Of a stretch of 64,000 nt of DNA, positions 10,012-19,769 are shown piece by piece; position 1 is the stretch's first letter; every line of letters begins with the position of its first letter. The notes beneath the pieces were generated by a model, which searched no databases, had not been told where the DNA came from, and was given only the letters and a program-made list of their open reading frames with translations. Source of the DNA: Candidatus Bathyarchaeia archaeon (lineage in GTDB: Archaea > Thermoproteota > Bathyarchaeia > 40CM-2-53-6); NCBI GenBank assembly GCA_049517415.1, contig JBEKSC010000009.1, forward strand, positions 1 to 64,000, written 5' to 3'. The position numbers were made by a program, and so were the translations under genes.

Positions 10012-10977
10012 TCATTCAAGCCTTAGCGTGGTATGGAGTTTTCTGGACAGGTTCTCGAGATCTTGGACGACGTAGAAGAAAGCCATCCACGACCACTTGC
10101 CCCACCGACGGATCCCTTCCCGTTTCACGAGCTCAACCGATTCCCTGCTGTTCTCAGGCTCCTTTCCGTAGAACAATTTTCCAAACACGGTTGCTGACCA
10201 GACATCGATTGGGAAACCTCCTGTGCGGTTGATCATGTCGGCAGAGTAGTCGCCTATTCCCGGGAGTTCCATCAGCACTCGTTTTGCTTCTTCTCCTGTG
10301 AGCGCTTTCAGTTCAGTAAATGTCGGTCCGGAGTTCCTTGACATCACCTTTGCCAGCTTCACTAAGCGTTTGGCGCGGTAGCCTACTTTACAGGTTTTCG
10401 CGAGCTCCTTGGCTGTGAGTGTGCTGATACGCCCGTACGTTGGCCAGACTCGGATGCATCTTTCATCAAACTCGGCCGTCTGCCCGTACTTTGTTATTAC
10501 AAAGTTCATCATCTGGTTACCTCGCTTGATGCCTGTCATCTGCAGCAGAATTGCGAGGGTTGCCCTCGCGAACAGTGAACTTGAAAACGTGTCGTGCATT
10601 CCGTATAGGTCTGCGATTACGTGCTTCAGTATGGGGTCGTTTCTTGCAAGCGTGTAGAATGGAGCTAGGTCTTCATTCACCCCTAATAGGTCATTCACCC
10701 CTTCCTTCACATTCTCTCTTACATCCGCAGTCGCGTGCTTCTTGGTGAATACGTCTGCTCTCAGGAGTGGGTGGTCCGTGCTCCCCAGCGACCGAAGTTT
10801 AACGCCTACCAGTTCGTCGTTAAGGTGTAGCGCTGACCATAGGGTTTCATTCTCGTATACTTCAAATGGAGTGAAGAGAGACCAGCCCGAAGGCTTCTTC
10901 ACCGTGAGCTTGAAACAGTAAGGCCTGATAGGCTTAACCTGATACGAGAACCGATGGGGTAACTTCATGTGCGCCAC
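10012..10977 (-). CDS. HhH-GPD DNA glycosylase (AlkA/Ogg-like)
   Basis: LPGIGDYSA helix-hairpin-helix, FPIDVW. Confidence 0.85.
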   Translation of the reverse strand: MAHMKLPHRFSYQVKPIRPYCFKLTVKKPSGWSLFTPFEVYENETLWSALHLNDELVGVKLRSLGSTDHPLLRADVFTKKHATADVRENVKEGVNDLLGVNEDLAPFYTLARNDPILKHVIADLYGMHDTFSSSLFARATLAILLQMTGIKRGNQMMNFVITKYGQTAEFDERCIRVWPTYGRISTLTAKELAKTCKVGYRAKRLVKLAKVMSRNSGPTFTELKALTGEEAKRVLMELPGIGDYSADMINRTGGFPIDVWSATVFGKLFYGKEPENSRESVELVKREGIRRWGKWSWMAFFYVVQDLENLSRKLHTTLRLE

Positions 10978-11016
10978 GAACCGAAACTAAAGGCAAGATG
11001 ATTGCTTGGATGGGAG

Positions 11017-11360
11017 TTATGTGAATTGCCCAAGTCCGACTACGTTGCCTTCTGTGTCTCTGAAGTATGCTGCGAAACCAAAGTTTCCGACGGGCGTTCT
11101 TGGTTGGATGACTTTGCCTCCGTTCTGCTCGATAGTTGCCGCTGTCTCGTCAATGTTCTCCACGCTGATGTAGATGACGGGGGACTTAACTGAGTCACGC
11201 CGCTCCAACATGCCACCGTTTATGGCGCCGGGTTCCTTTGGCTTTCCTCGTACTCCGAGCATATCAGCCTCAACGGTTCCGACTTGTGTGTTATGCATCT
11301 CTGGAATCTCGTTCATACTCCAACCAAAAGCTGTACCGTAGAATTTCCTTGCTTGATTGT
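11017..11360 (-). pseudogene. VOC/glyoxalase family gene lacking its N-terminus
   Basis: ARKFYGTAFGW..GAINGG..FRDTEGNVVGL present; the usual N-terminal HFEIP segment is replaced by the repeat flank. Confidence 0.7.
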
Positions 11361-11400
11361 AACTCAGAGTTCCAAGCCAACCACGCCTGACAACTTCAAG

Positions 11401-11480
11401 ACCGCGGCTAACACCGTAGTCGACGAGATGGAACCCGCATGGAACCCACGAATTTGGTGGGTTCGTATCCCACCGGCCCG
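11401..11480 (+). repeat. Copy 1 of an ~80-bp direct repeat ending in a tRNA-like T-arm/acceptor strand
   Basis: ACCGCGGCTAACACCGTA...GTGGGTTCGTATCCCACCGGCCC, matches 14272-14352. Confidence 0.85.
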
Positions 11481-11630
11481 ACACGAATTATGGCTTCACA
11501 AATATAGTCAGCACAAAAGGATTAGGCCACTGCAAACAGAGTTGGAAATTTACGAACCCGGCATACTCTTATCAAGCATTTTGACCGTGACTATGGAGAG
11601 TTCAAACCCGAAATTGTACCCTATCAGGAC

Positions 11631-11975
11631 GTGCGCTTTGAATTGACTAACTCAAAAACGGCCGTCGCACAAGTCATGAAGCTCAAAAATCTGATCGCCT
11701 ATCAAAGCGGAGCAGTCGTGAGCAAGACCCTAGTGAATGAAGAAGAAGGTACTGTAACAGCCTTTGCATTTGATGAAGGCCAGGGATTGAGTGAGCATAC
11801 AGCACCCTACGCCGCATTGGTCATTGTCATAGAGGGTCAGGTAGACATCAAGATTTCCGGTGAAAGTTTCCACTTGAACGAAGGCGAGATGATCATAATG
11901 CCTGCCAACAAACCACATGCACTCAAAGCAGTCACCAAGTTCAAGATGATTCTAATTATGGTAAAATCGAGGTAA
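11631..11975 (+). CDS. Cupin domain protein
   Basis: FAFDEGQGLSEHTAP..MPANKPHAL. Confidence 0.9.
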   Translation: MRFELTNSKTAVAQVMKLKNLIAYQSGAVVSKTLVNEEEGTVTAFAFDEGQGLSEHTAPYAALVIVIEGQVDIKISGESFHLNEGEMIIMPANKPHALKAVTKFKMILIMVKSR

Positions 11976-11984
11976 CCGAAGACT

Positions 11985-12446
11985 TTGTCCCCGAGAATCG
12001 TCGCTCGCCCACTCGAACTTGAGGAACTCATTGCGCTCCTCTCCCAAGAGCATCAGGAACAGAGAAAACGCCTGTCAGAGCTTGTCGACGTTTTGGAGAA
12101 GAAAGACTATGCGAGAGGAGCCGAGCTGGCAAGGGAATTTGATAACTCAAGTATTCAGCACATTGTTGACGAAGAGAATGTATTGCTGAAACTTTTCATC
12201 GATACGTATGGGCGAAATGGGGCGGATGATGCCATCAAGGTGTTCCAGCAACATCGAACGATGCACAAACTGGCTGATACAATCTCGGAGAAAGCTATGA
12301 ACTCACCTGAAGAACTTGGATCAATGCCTTCCGAATTCGACAAACTGGTTCGTTCGCATTTTGATGCTGAGGATAAACGCATCTTTCCTTGGGCTTTGCA
12401 GACGCATCAAGGGATACGGAAGAACGATTCAAAGCCGTCAGTGTGA
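11985..12446 (+). CDS. Hemerythrin/HHE domain protein
   Basis: EH..QHIVDEE..QH..HFDAEDKRIFP. Confidence 0.8.
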   Translation: MSPRIVARPLELEELIALLSQEHQEQRKRLSELVDVLEKKDYARGAELAREFDNSSIQHIVDEENVLLKLFIDTYGRNGADDAIKVFQQHRTMHKLADTISEKAMNSPEELGSMPSEFDKLVRSHFDAEDKRIFPWALQTHQGIRKNDSKPSV

Positions 12447-12692
12447 AGTGCCGAGAACAATTCTAGAATCTAGTTGCCGTTCCTATTTCGTTTCATGAGA
12501 GTGACCGGTTTTCGTGGCTTCATACGCTGTTTTGTCGCAATGTACGCAGTACATTCGTCCCTCGACGTATCGGACTAGCTGTCCACATTTTGGGCAAGTC
12601 TGCGTTGACATATGACCGACTAACTTGCCGGATTCAGTTAACGCTTTTGATCATCATGCTCCCCCAAACATGTTAGGGGTCACCCCTTATAG

Positions 12693-13085
12693 TTGACTCG
12701 CCAAGATGATAGTCGTGAGACGAAAATGACAATAGAGCTGACCGACAAGGAGTTGAGGTTGGCCAAGGCGAACGTCGCTTACGCCCTTGAGAATTGTCCA
12801 GTGGAAGGAGGAATAATGACCGAGGCAGGACACTTCTCGACCAAGGCATCCTTCGAGACGTTACGCAAGAAACTTCAGGCTGTTGCAGTTCAGCCCGTTA
12901 ATAGGCTGGACGTGAACAATGAAGAACTTGAATTCCTAATAGCCGCTTCAACCTACGCTCTTGAGTATTGTCCGGTTGAGGGCGGCATGATGACTGAGGA
13001 CAAACAATTTTCAACCAAGAAAGATTTCGGTGCCCTGCGGCAAAAGCTCAAAACATTCACAGCACCGACGACGCAGCCACGGTGA
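12693..13085 (+). CDS. Hypothetical protein made of two internal repeats
   Basis: YALENCPVEGGIMTE..FSTK..LRKKL and YALEYCPVEGGMMTE..FSTK..LRQKL. Confidence 0.75.
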   Translation: MTRQDDSRETKMTIELTDKELRLAKANVAYALENCPVEGGIMTEAGHFSTKASFETLRKKLQAVAVQPVNRLDVNNEELEFLIAASTYALEYCPVEGGMMTEDKQFSTKKDFGALRQKLKTFTAPTTQPR

Positions 13086-13663
13086 ATTCTGCTTTGTCCG
13101 CCATCCAGGTGTTGGAGGAAGAGCACAAAGTAATCCTGCGAATGGTGAACGTACTCACCGCTATCCATGAACGCCTTGAAAGTGGCGGAGATATTGATGC
13201 TGCGACACTGGCGGAGGTTGTAGATTTCTTCCGAGCTTTTGCCGACAAAGGTCATCACGCAAAAGAAGAAGACGTTCTCTTTCCGACCCTGGAAAGGAAT
13301 GGAGTCCGTCCGCAAGGATGCCCAATAGGCACACTCACAAGCGAACATAAGCAGGGGAGAGCGCTTATGACCGCTCTGAATGATGCGGTCGAGAAGTATG
13401 CCAGCGGCGATTCAGCCGCAAAGGTCACGATCTCTGCGACAATCAAAGGCGCCATAGATTTGTACACGGATCACATTTGGAGAGAAGACTACCTTCTCTT
13501 CCCGATGACCGAGAAAGTTCTATCCAAGCCAGAGCTAGAAGGCGTCGTAAGAAATTTCAACGAAGTGGAGACGAGATTCGGTTCAGATTTCCATAACAAA
13601 TATGAGCAGATTGTGGAGAAACTTGAGAAATCATTCAACACCAACAGAAAAGGAGGTGTTTGA
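13082..13663 (+). CDS. Hemerythrin/HHE domain protein
   Basis: EEH..HHAKEEDVLFP..SEH..HIWREDYLLFP. Confidence 0.92.
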   Translation: MNSALSAIQVLEEEHKVILRMVNVLTAIHERLESGGDIDAATLAEVVDFFRAFADKGHHAKEEDVLFPTLERNGVRPQGCPIGTLTSEHKQGRALMTALNDAVEKYASGDSAAKVTISATIKGAIDLYTDHIWREDYLLFPMTEKVLSKPELEGVVRNFNEVETRFGSDFHNKYEQIVEKLEKSFNTNRKGGV

Positions 13664-13950
13664 AGATGCCTAAGAGAGAAAAACGCCGAAAGACCAAAGT
13701 GAAATCGAAGGCGTATTGCGTCGCCTGCAAGAGGCCCATACAAGGAAAACCCAGTGTAATGAGATTACAGATTACTCATAAGAATCCTAGAATGATGGAA
13801 TGCGCAAAGAAGGTTGGATTCACGTCACCCAACTGGGAATTGGAAGAAGAAATGCAAGGCACCATGCATAAGCAATGCTTCAACCAAGCCATGCTGATCT
13901 GGGAGATCGCCTTCCACACCCGACCACTGAGCCCCCGTCGACCAGAATGA
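13660..13950 (+). CDS. Hypothetical protein with CxxC..HxxC (possible Zn finger)
   Basis: GGAGGTG SD upstream, overlaps the preceding stop. Confidence 0.5.
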   Translation: MKMPKREKRRKTKVKSKAYCVACKRPIQGKPSVMRLQITHKNPRMMECAKKVGFTSPNWELEEEMQGTMHKQCFNQAMLIWEIAFHTRPLSPRRPE

Positions 13951-13965
13951 TGTAGCAAAACGGAC

Positions 13966-14256
13966 TTGGGCATTATGGAGCCGAAAGAGACATTCCAGGT
14001 AAGATCAGAAACCGCACAGAAAGATAGCCTGTTTTACTTGAAGCTGAGATGGGTATCATCGAAAGATGATTCCGATAGGAAGCAGTTTGGGGATAGGATA
14101 AGAACCCTACTTAACGTGCCTATGTCTTGGCGGCTTGTTCGATGTACTACCTGTGCTAGAGAAGACTACTATGTTTGCCATTATTGCGACCAATGTCCGC
14201 AATGTTGTAACTGCAGCGCTGACACGAACCCGGATTGGACGCTTGCTGGCGACTGA
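13966..14256 (+). CDS. Cys-rich hypothetical protein
   Basis: CxxC..CxxCxxCxxCCxC cluster. Confidence 0.45.
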   Translation: MGIMEPKETFQVRSETAQKDSLFYLKLRWVSSKDDSDRKQFGDRIRTLLNVPMSWRLVRCTTCAREDYYVCHYCDQCPQCCNCSADTNPDWTLAGD

Positions 14257-14271
14257 CCAGCAAATTCTCCA

Positions 14272-14352
14272 ACCGCGGCTAACACCGTAATCGGCCGAGG
14301 TGGACCCCACATGGAACCCATGATATTGGTGGGTTCGTATCCCACCGGCCCC
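14272..14352 (+). repeat. Copy 2 of the ~80-bp direct repeat with a tRNA-like 3' end
   Basis: ACCGCGGCTAACACCGTA...GTGGGTTCGTATCCCACCGGCCCC. Confidence 0.85.
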
Positions 14353-14372
14353 ACGGCTTCAACCAACTAGGG

Positions 14373-14810
14373 CTATTTGGTGAAGTAAATTTCTAGGAAG
14401 TAGAGTGCGTACGCTCCGATGAAACTGCCCCCATCTGAGCAGAGTTTGCATTGTTTTGAAACCCTGATAGAACGAAGAGAACGCCTCCTATCACTGCGGA
14501 GATAACCCCAGCGGCCGCTAAGATCGACAGGATTCGCAGCGATCTCAGCTTCGACTTGAAGGAGAGCCCAATGACAACAAGCGACAGGACGACAAGCAAT
14601 ACCCCTTCGAACGCATGGTACACGGTGAACTCTCCAGCACCGAAGAGAGCTGTCATCAACCCCCCGAACGAATAGCTCACACTCCCGCCGGTGAGGCTGT
14701 TCGCTTTCTATTTCAGCCGTTTGAATCGTCATGTGTCGATTCGGATTCCGATCACCGCGAACGTTTCGCCATCCCGCACATTACAAAGAGCAAAACCGTC
14801 AGTAGTCTTC
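14373..14810 (-). pseudogene. Frameshifted 4-TM His-containing membrane protein
   Basis: Body (VYHAFEG..GGVLF..SAQMG) and C-terminus (GSFIGAYALYF) lie in different frames around a G run at ~14430. Confidence 0.6.
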
Positions 14811-14820
14811 TTTAGTTCCA

Positions 14821-16020
14821 GTGGCAAAGGCGATCTTCATTGCGAGTTGCGTGACACTGACGCGTTTGATTGACCGAGATGCATACACTTCCCTCTTTTT
14901 CTCTAGAACGATTTACGCGGTTAACTGGTATAACATCGCAGCTCTCTTCGCGTTCATAGCATCTGATTTCAACCTGAATGTGTCAGGGTTGGGAGTCGCC
15001 ACGGCCTGGTTCTACGTTGGCGTCGGATTGTTCCTAGTTCCTGGCGGCGTTATCGCAGCCAAGTATGGCGCAAGGAACACCGCCGTCGTGGGTGTCCTAA
15101 TTGCGTCAATCGCTGTCACAATAACGGCTTTCACTACGGAGTTCTATCAACTTCTACTTCTCAGGTTCATAGTTGGAGTAGGCTCTGCCATTTTCTTTGC
15201 TCCAGGAGTAACGTTGATTGCCCGTACTTTTCGGCGAGAATATCAGGGATTCGGGGTAGGCACATTCCAGAGCGCTTACTACGTTGGAGGAGTCCTAGGT
15301 CTTTTCGCGTGGTCAGTCCTAGCCGAGGCGGTCGGTTGGAGATTCAGTCTGGTAACGAGTGGTCTACTAGGTATCTTGGGAGGCTTACTCATGTTCGTGA
15401 AGGTCCCAAAGGATGAGCTGCGTTCGAATTTTGTAGTCAAGCGCGAAGACCTGCGCAGGGTTCTCTCGAACCGATGGCTGGTTCTGCTCTCACTTGAATT
15501 GGTCGGGTTCGGATCCGGCACGTTTGTAATTAGCGGCTTCATGGTATATTACCTCGAACAGTCACTTCATCTCAGCCCAAGCTTCGCGGGCACGATCGGC
15601 AGCCTGACGCCGTTATGTGCAATAGTTGCTTCCCCCCTATGCGGGATGCTCTACGCGAAGACCAAGAACACTCAGTTGCTGATCTTCTCCTTGGGGGTGA
15701 TGTTGGCATTTGCATTGGCGCTTGACGTCATAGCCAGCGTCCCACTTGCAGTGGCGTCAACCATTCTCGCGGGGTTCGGCAACGGTGCATTCACTGTCGG
15801 GTATTTGGCGGCACGTGACAGCATGGCGGCATCAGCCGAATACGAATCCTTTGCAATCAGTTGGGTGACTACTATTGAGATGTTAACAGCCTTTTGGTCC
15901 CCGATAATGTTCTCTCTGCTAGTTCTATCATTTGGCTATGGATTCTCGTGGCTTGCTAGCGGGGTGTATACACTAGCTTTAATTTCGATAATCCTGTATC
16001 CCATCCATAGCAAACGCTAG
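14821..16020 (+). CDS. MFS transporter
   Basis: ~12 TM, GVIAAKYGAR loop, LRFIVGVG. Confidence 0.88.
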   Translation: MAKAIFIASCVTLTRLIDRDAYTSLFFSRTIYAVNWYNIAALFAFIASDFNLNVSGLGVATAWFYVGVGLFLVPGGVIAAKYGARNTAVVGVLIASIAVTITAFTTEFYQLLLLRFIVGVGSAIFFAPGVTLIARTFRREYQGFGVGTFQSAYYVGGVLGLFAWSVLAEAVGWRFSLVTSGLLGILGGLLMFVKVPKDELRSNFVVKREDLRRVLSNRWLVLLSLELVGFGSGTFVISGFMVYYLEQSLHLSPSFAGTIGSLTPLCAIVASPLCGMLYAKTKNTQLLIFSLGVMLAFALALDVIASVPLAVASTILAGFGNGAFTVGYLAARDSMAASAEYESFAISWVTTIEMLTAFWSPIMFSLLVLSFGYGFSWLASGVYTLALISIILYPIHSKR

Positions 16021-16035
16021 GCGCAGGAAATACTC

Positions 16036-17121
16036 TCAGAACGTGAGTTTTCCGTTCCGGACGACGGCATTGTCGCCTACTGTTAGCGTAGCTTTCGTTA
16101 TGACTCCGGCAAAGTAGAAGTCGGTTTTGTTGGCGCCCCCTATGTCGTCGTTGCCGCCGATGCCTACGGTTACAACGCCGGAGGCTAAGCTATCTTGAAG
16201 GAACCCCGTTCTCACCTTCGGGTTCACGCCAACGCCGACAACTGCAATCCTATCCCTCTCGCCTGAAGCTTTGTCATAGGCCGTTTTCAGAAGGTTCGCG
16301 TTCAAACGGGCTCGATAATTCGAGAGTATCCCATTCCTGAAATCTAACCGAACGCCGCCAACCCATTTACCCATGAATTGCGCTGGTTTGTCGAAGACGA
16401 CGCTCCCCTCCGCATATGTCTCATCTGGGCATGCCAAGACGTCGCCGCCCGGTATGTTAGCAACGTTTCGGCCATGGTCAAGGTCCTCTGAGTCGACGAT
16501 GCAGTCGTCCTGAAACGCATCACGGCTTGCCAACCTAAGGGTAAGGTTGGTGCCATTTGGGGCGGTAAGTTTGACCTCGCCGTTGCGCATGAGGGATGCG
16601 AGCTTCGCCACCTTACCTTTGAGCTCCGCAAAGTCCACCTCCGAGGCTGCGATCAACATGCGCTGCCAGGAGACGAGTGGGATTTTGTAGGCGTGGGCAC
16701 GCTGTTGTGAGGTGTACCCTAACGCGATCCGTGCTGCTTTAAGCCGTAACCGTTTCGCCCTTTCATACCATTCTTCATTGTAGCTAGTTGCGGCGCCGAA
16801 TTTTGAGCGGTACTTCCACATTTTGAGGAAGTCCGCTGGGCCGGGGATGAAGACGTATCCCTTGGCCTTCTCAACCGCTGCCCACTCATGCTCTCCAACT
16901 TTTCCCAGCTTCTCTTCGGGAAGCGTCTCGGCACTTTTCCAGAAAGTTTCTTCACGCTCGAGTAGCAGGATTGGGCGCGCTCCAAGTTCACGAAGCTTGT
17001 ACATGAATGCGTCTGCTATTGGAAGGCCGTGGTCCCAGGACTCAACTATTACATCATCGCCAGGCTGGATGCCAAGAGTTGACGTGAGAACGTTTGTTGC
17101 TAGGGCATCATAACTGAACAT
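16036..17121 (-). CDS. Aminopeptidase, M29 (thermophilic metalloprotease) family
   Basis: GTNLTL, NIPGGDV, G.GVNP, IGGNDDIGGANK. Confidence 0.8.
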   Translation of the reverse strand: MFSYDALATNVLTSTLGIQPGDDVIVESWDHGLPIADAFMYKLRELGARPILLLEREETFWKSAETLPEEKLGKVGEHEWAAVEKAKGYVFIPGPADFLKMWKYRSKFGAATSYNEEWYERAKRLRLKAARIALGYTSQQRAHAYKIPLVSWQRMLIAASEVDFAELKGKVAKLASLMRNGEVKLTAPNGTNLTLRLASRDAFQDDCIVDSEDLDHGRNVANIPGGDVLACPDETYAEGSVVFDKPAQFMGKWVGGVRLDFRNGILSNYRARLNANLLKTAYDKASGERDRIAVVGVGVNPKVRTGFLQDSLASGVVTVGIGGNDDIGGANKTDFYFAGVITKATLTVGDNAVVRNGKLTF

Positions 17122-17506
17122 AGTTCAAGCACCACGCAGCCACCTACCCATAAGACTTTACCTCGTGCCTTGGATAATTTCTCTCAGCAGTTACCTGCAG
17201 CCTGTTCAACTCCAAACTGGGGGTACAATAGCCGGTTCGTTGACCTTTCAGGTTCCCGCTGGAACCTCAACCTATGCTCCTTCGTATCAAGGGCTAGGAA
17301 CGCCGCCAACAATAAACTGGATACACCATTAATGCGAATGTAGTACCCTAGTACTACATTCAGGTTTGTGAGAAATTCAGGACTGTGAGATGGTGCCCAA
17401 GTCCCCGATTAGGGGAAAGTACGACGAAAGTGGAGAAACAGACTCAAGAAAAAGAAAGCTACACCGAGGATCTAACATCGCGGCCTCGAATCTTCCAAAG
17501 GCTCAG

Positions 17507-17670
17507 TTACTTCTTTCTTCGTCTTACCACAAGGTATCCAATTAGAACTAACACAACGATGACGACGGTTCCCAAGGGCAGTGTCATCCCGCTTAATTGG
17601 GTGGATTGTGATTGAGGGAGTTGCTGGGCCATCATAGAGCCCATGGTTTGTGTGAGGGAGTAAACAGTGG
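17507..17670 (-). pseudogene. C-terminal fragment of a membrane-anchored surface protein
   Basis: ..SQSTQLSGMTLPLGTVVIVVLVLIGYLVVRRRKK*; abuts the Cas1 fragment. Confidence 0.5.
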
Positions 17671-17671
17671 T

Positions 17672-18217
17672 GTAGGTCTCGATCCGTCAGTGGGTTTTCT
17701 TCACGATTTTAGCGACTATCAGACGAAGCAGTCGTTAATTTACGACTTGCAGGAACCTTTTCGCTGGTTGGTTGACATATCAGTGATTCAGGCCTTCGAA
17801 TCGCGAGCGTTGGAGTTGTCAGACTTCTACTTCACCGGCGACGATTACAGATATCGTTTCGAGGCTCAGGCCAAGCAGCGCTTCATTGATTTGATTCGTG
17901 ACCGGTTTAACGCCGGAGTAACTTGCAAGGGGCGCCTATTGAAGTGGGATACAGTGATTGAACAGAAAACCAGTGAGCTAGGACGTTTCCTGAGTGGGAA
18001 GCAACTGGCACTTGACTTCATTGAACCTGCCCCGAAGTTAGAGCGGCAGGATGATAATGATTTAAGGGCCAAGATTCTTGACCTGAGTGCCGCTCAGGCG
18101 GGGCAGCTTGGAATCAGTAAAAGCACACTTCACTGCCTTCGGAAGAAGGCTGCGGCCAATCGTAGCTTTGCAGTTTATAGTTCGATAAAGAAGAAACTCG
18201 AAATAGTAAATTGGTGA
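17672..18217 (+). pseudogene. cas1: Cas1 (Cas1-solo/casposase-like, with C-terminal HTH), N-terminal half missing
   Basis: GLDPSVGFLH, SLIYDLQEPFRWLVD, C-terminal LGISKSTL HTH; no N-terminal domain, no array. Confidence 0.85.
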
Positions 18218-18558
18218 GGAAGAATGCCGACTCAAGCAATCGTTCGCCGACTGGCTTTGATAAGATCTTTGTACAACAGCGCCATCCATATGGGGCTTCT
18301 TCAAGGCGCACATGCCCAAGCAAAACCTAGGAATCTACGTGATCAACCAAGACAAACTCTACTGGCATCCTATTGAGAAGCAAAGCGGTCAGAAAGGCGC
18401 AGTAACCAAAGTCTTAGAGGAAGCAATCAAACTCTGATCGAAGAGTTAGACGGATTAACGCATATGGCTCTTTAAGACGTTGGGAGAGCCAAGACTCAGT
18501 TTTTCGTCTCTCCGGTGGAGCTTCGGCCAGAATCATAAGGTTAATATGATTATAATTG

Positions 18559-18589
18559 CATAGTTGTTTGCATAGTTAAGCCCATAGTT
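18559..18589 (+). repeat. Three CATAGTT heptamers at exact 12-bp spacing before the integrase
   Basis: 18559-65, 18571-77, 18583-89. Confidence 0.6.
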
Positions 18590-19643
18590 GATTGACATGA
18601 CGGTTACTGTTCAGAAGCAGAAATTTGAATACGACCCCATAGCCCGATGGCGGCGGGATTCCAAGAGCTCCGGAAGCTTCAACGCCAGATACGTCATATT
18701 GCAGCGGTTCCTCAACTTCCATAATACCACGCCTAAGAAGCTCCTTCTTCTCGCCAGCAAAACCCTGCCCGGTAAGCCTCAAATCGCAATCGAGGGCAAG
18801 ATTGAGCGATTTCTCGACTACCGAGCGGAGCAAGGCAATGCCAGTAGCACGGTAGCAAAAGAAGCTGGCATAATCATCAGCTTCCTTGCAGCTAACAATG
18901 TGCTAGTCAAGATTGGAAAGAAGTACAGCATCCACACCGTCTATGAATCAAGGCGAGTTCTAGAGCAACCCGAAGTTCAAAGGATGATTGAGGTCACGCC
19001 AGGTCTCGAAGAAAAAGCCGTAATCTGTTTCCTGGCTCAAACAGCCCAAAGAATCGGTATCCTCACAGGACTACAATGGAAGATGATTCACGAGCAGCGC
19101 ATCAAAGGAACTAACAAAGTCTACGGATTTGCGGAAGTTATGCCTGAGATAGCAGACCGAAACGGTAGACCAGCAGGCAACAAAACCCAGCAACACTACC
19201 TCTTCGGCATCCACTGGCAAAGCATGAAGCTCCTAGACGAACTTAAGGCAAAGCAGAAAGCGTCCGAAAGAGCAGATGACCCATTCATCTTCTCAATCAA
19301 CAAGCGACGCATGCAAGAAGCCATCACAGACGCAGCAGAACTGGCAGGAATTCAAGTCGAAACTGAAACTAGACTCCCACTTGAGAAAAGAGACAAGAAC
19401 GGCAAGATAGTCAAAGCTTCGAAGAAACGCAAATGGCATGAAATTCACGCCCATGTCTTCCGACGCTTCTGGATAAACCAAATGGATACGGCTGGAGTCA
19501 GAAACGAGAAGCTACTGGAGTACCAGCTCGGCCACTCCATCTACGCTGGAGGAACCTACCACGCCGGAATATTCACCCCAGACAAGATAGTAGCCGCAAT
19601 CGATCAGGCGGACAAACAATTGAGAGTGCTTCCGTCGGCCTGA
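18588..19643 (+). CDS. Tyrosine recombinase/integrase
   Basis: TAQRIG (catalytic R), HVFRR (H-x-x-R), LGH, downstream Tyr (GTY). Confidence 0.88.
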   Translation: MIDMTVTVQKQKFEYDPIARWRRDSKSSGSFNARYVILQRFLNFHNTTPKKLLLLASKTLPGKPQIAIEGKIERFLDYRAEQGNASSTVAKEAGIIISFLAANNVLVKIGKKYSIHTVYESRRVLEQPEVQRMIEVTPGLEEKAVICFLAQTAQRIGILTGLQWKMIHEQRIKGTNKVYGFAEVMPEIADRNGRPAGNKTQQHYLFGIHWQSMKLLDELKAKQKASERADDPFIFSINKRRMQEAITDAAELAGIQVETETRLPLEKRDKNGKIVKASKKRKWHEIHAHVFRRFWINQMDTAGVRNEKLLEYQLGHSIYAGGTYHAGIFTPDKIVAAIDQADKQLRVLPSA

Positions 19644-19724
19644 GCACATCTTACCGAATCGTTTTCTTCAGTTGCAGGGTGTGAGTGTTTAGTCGGACTA
19701 TTCGCTGACTGCGTGAAGGAATGG

Positions 19725-19741
19725 GTGTGATTTGAACGCAC
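19725..19741 (-). other. Degenerate tRNA T-arm-like remnant
   Basis: Minus strand GTGCG-TTCAAAT-CACAC, one stem mismatch, ~80 bp after the integrase stop. Confidence 0.35.
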
Positions 19742-19769
19742 TCCTTAGAAAAACTAGCAAACTAGGAAT

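Noticed and set aside
11401..14352. The repeats as functional tRNA genes
   Set aside because: No complementary 5' acceptor strand, D arm or anticodon arm can be folded upstream of the T arm.
17100..18600. CRISPR array or cas operon near cas1
   Set aside because: No regularly spaced 24-47 bp repeats and no cas2/cas4/effector genes seen here or elsewhere in the window.
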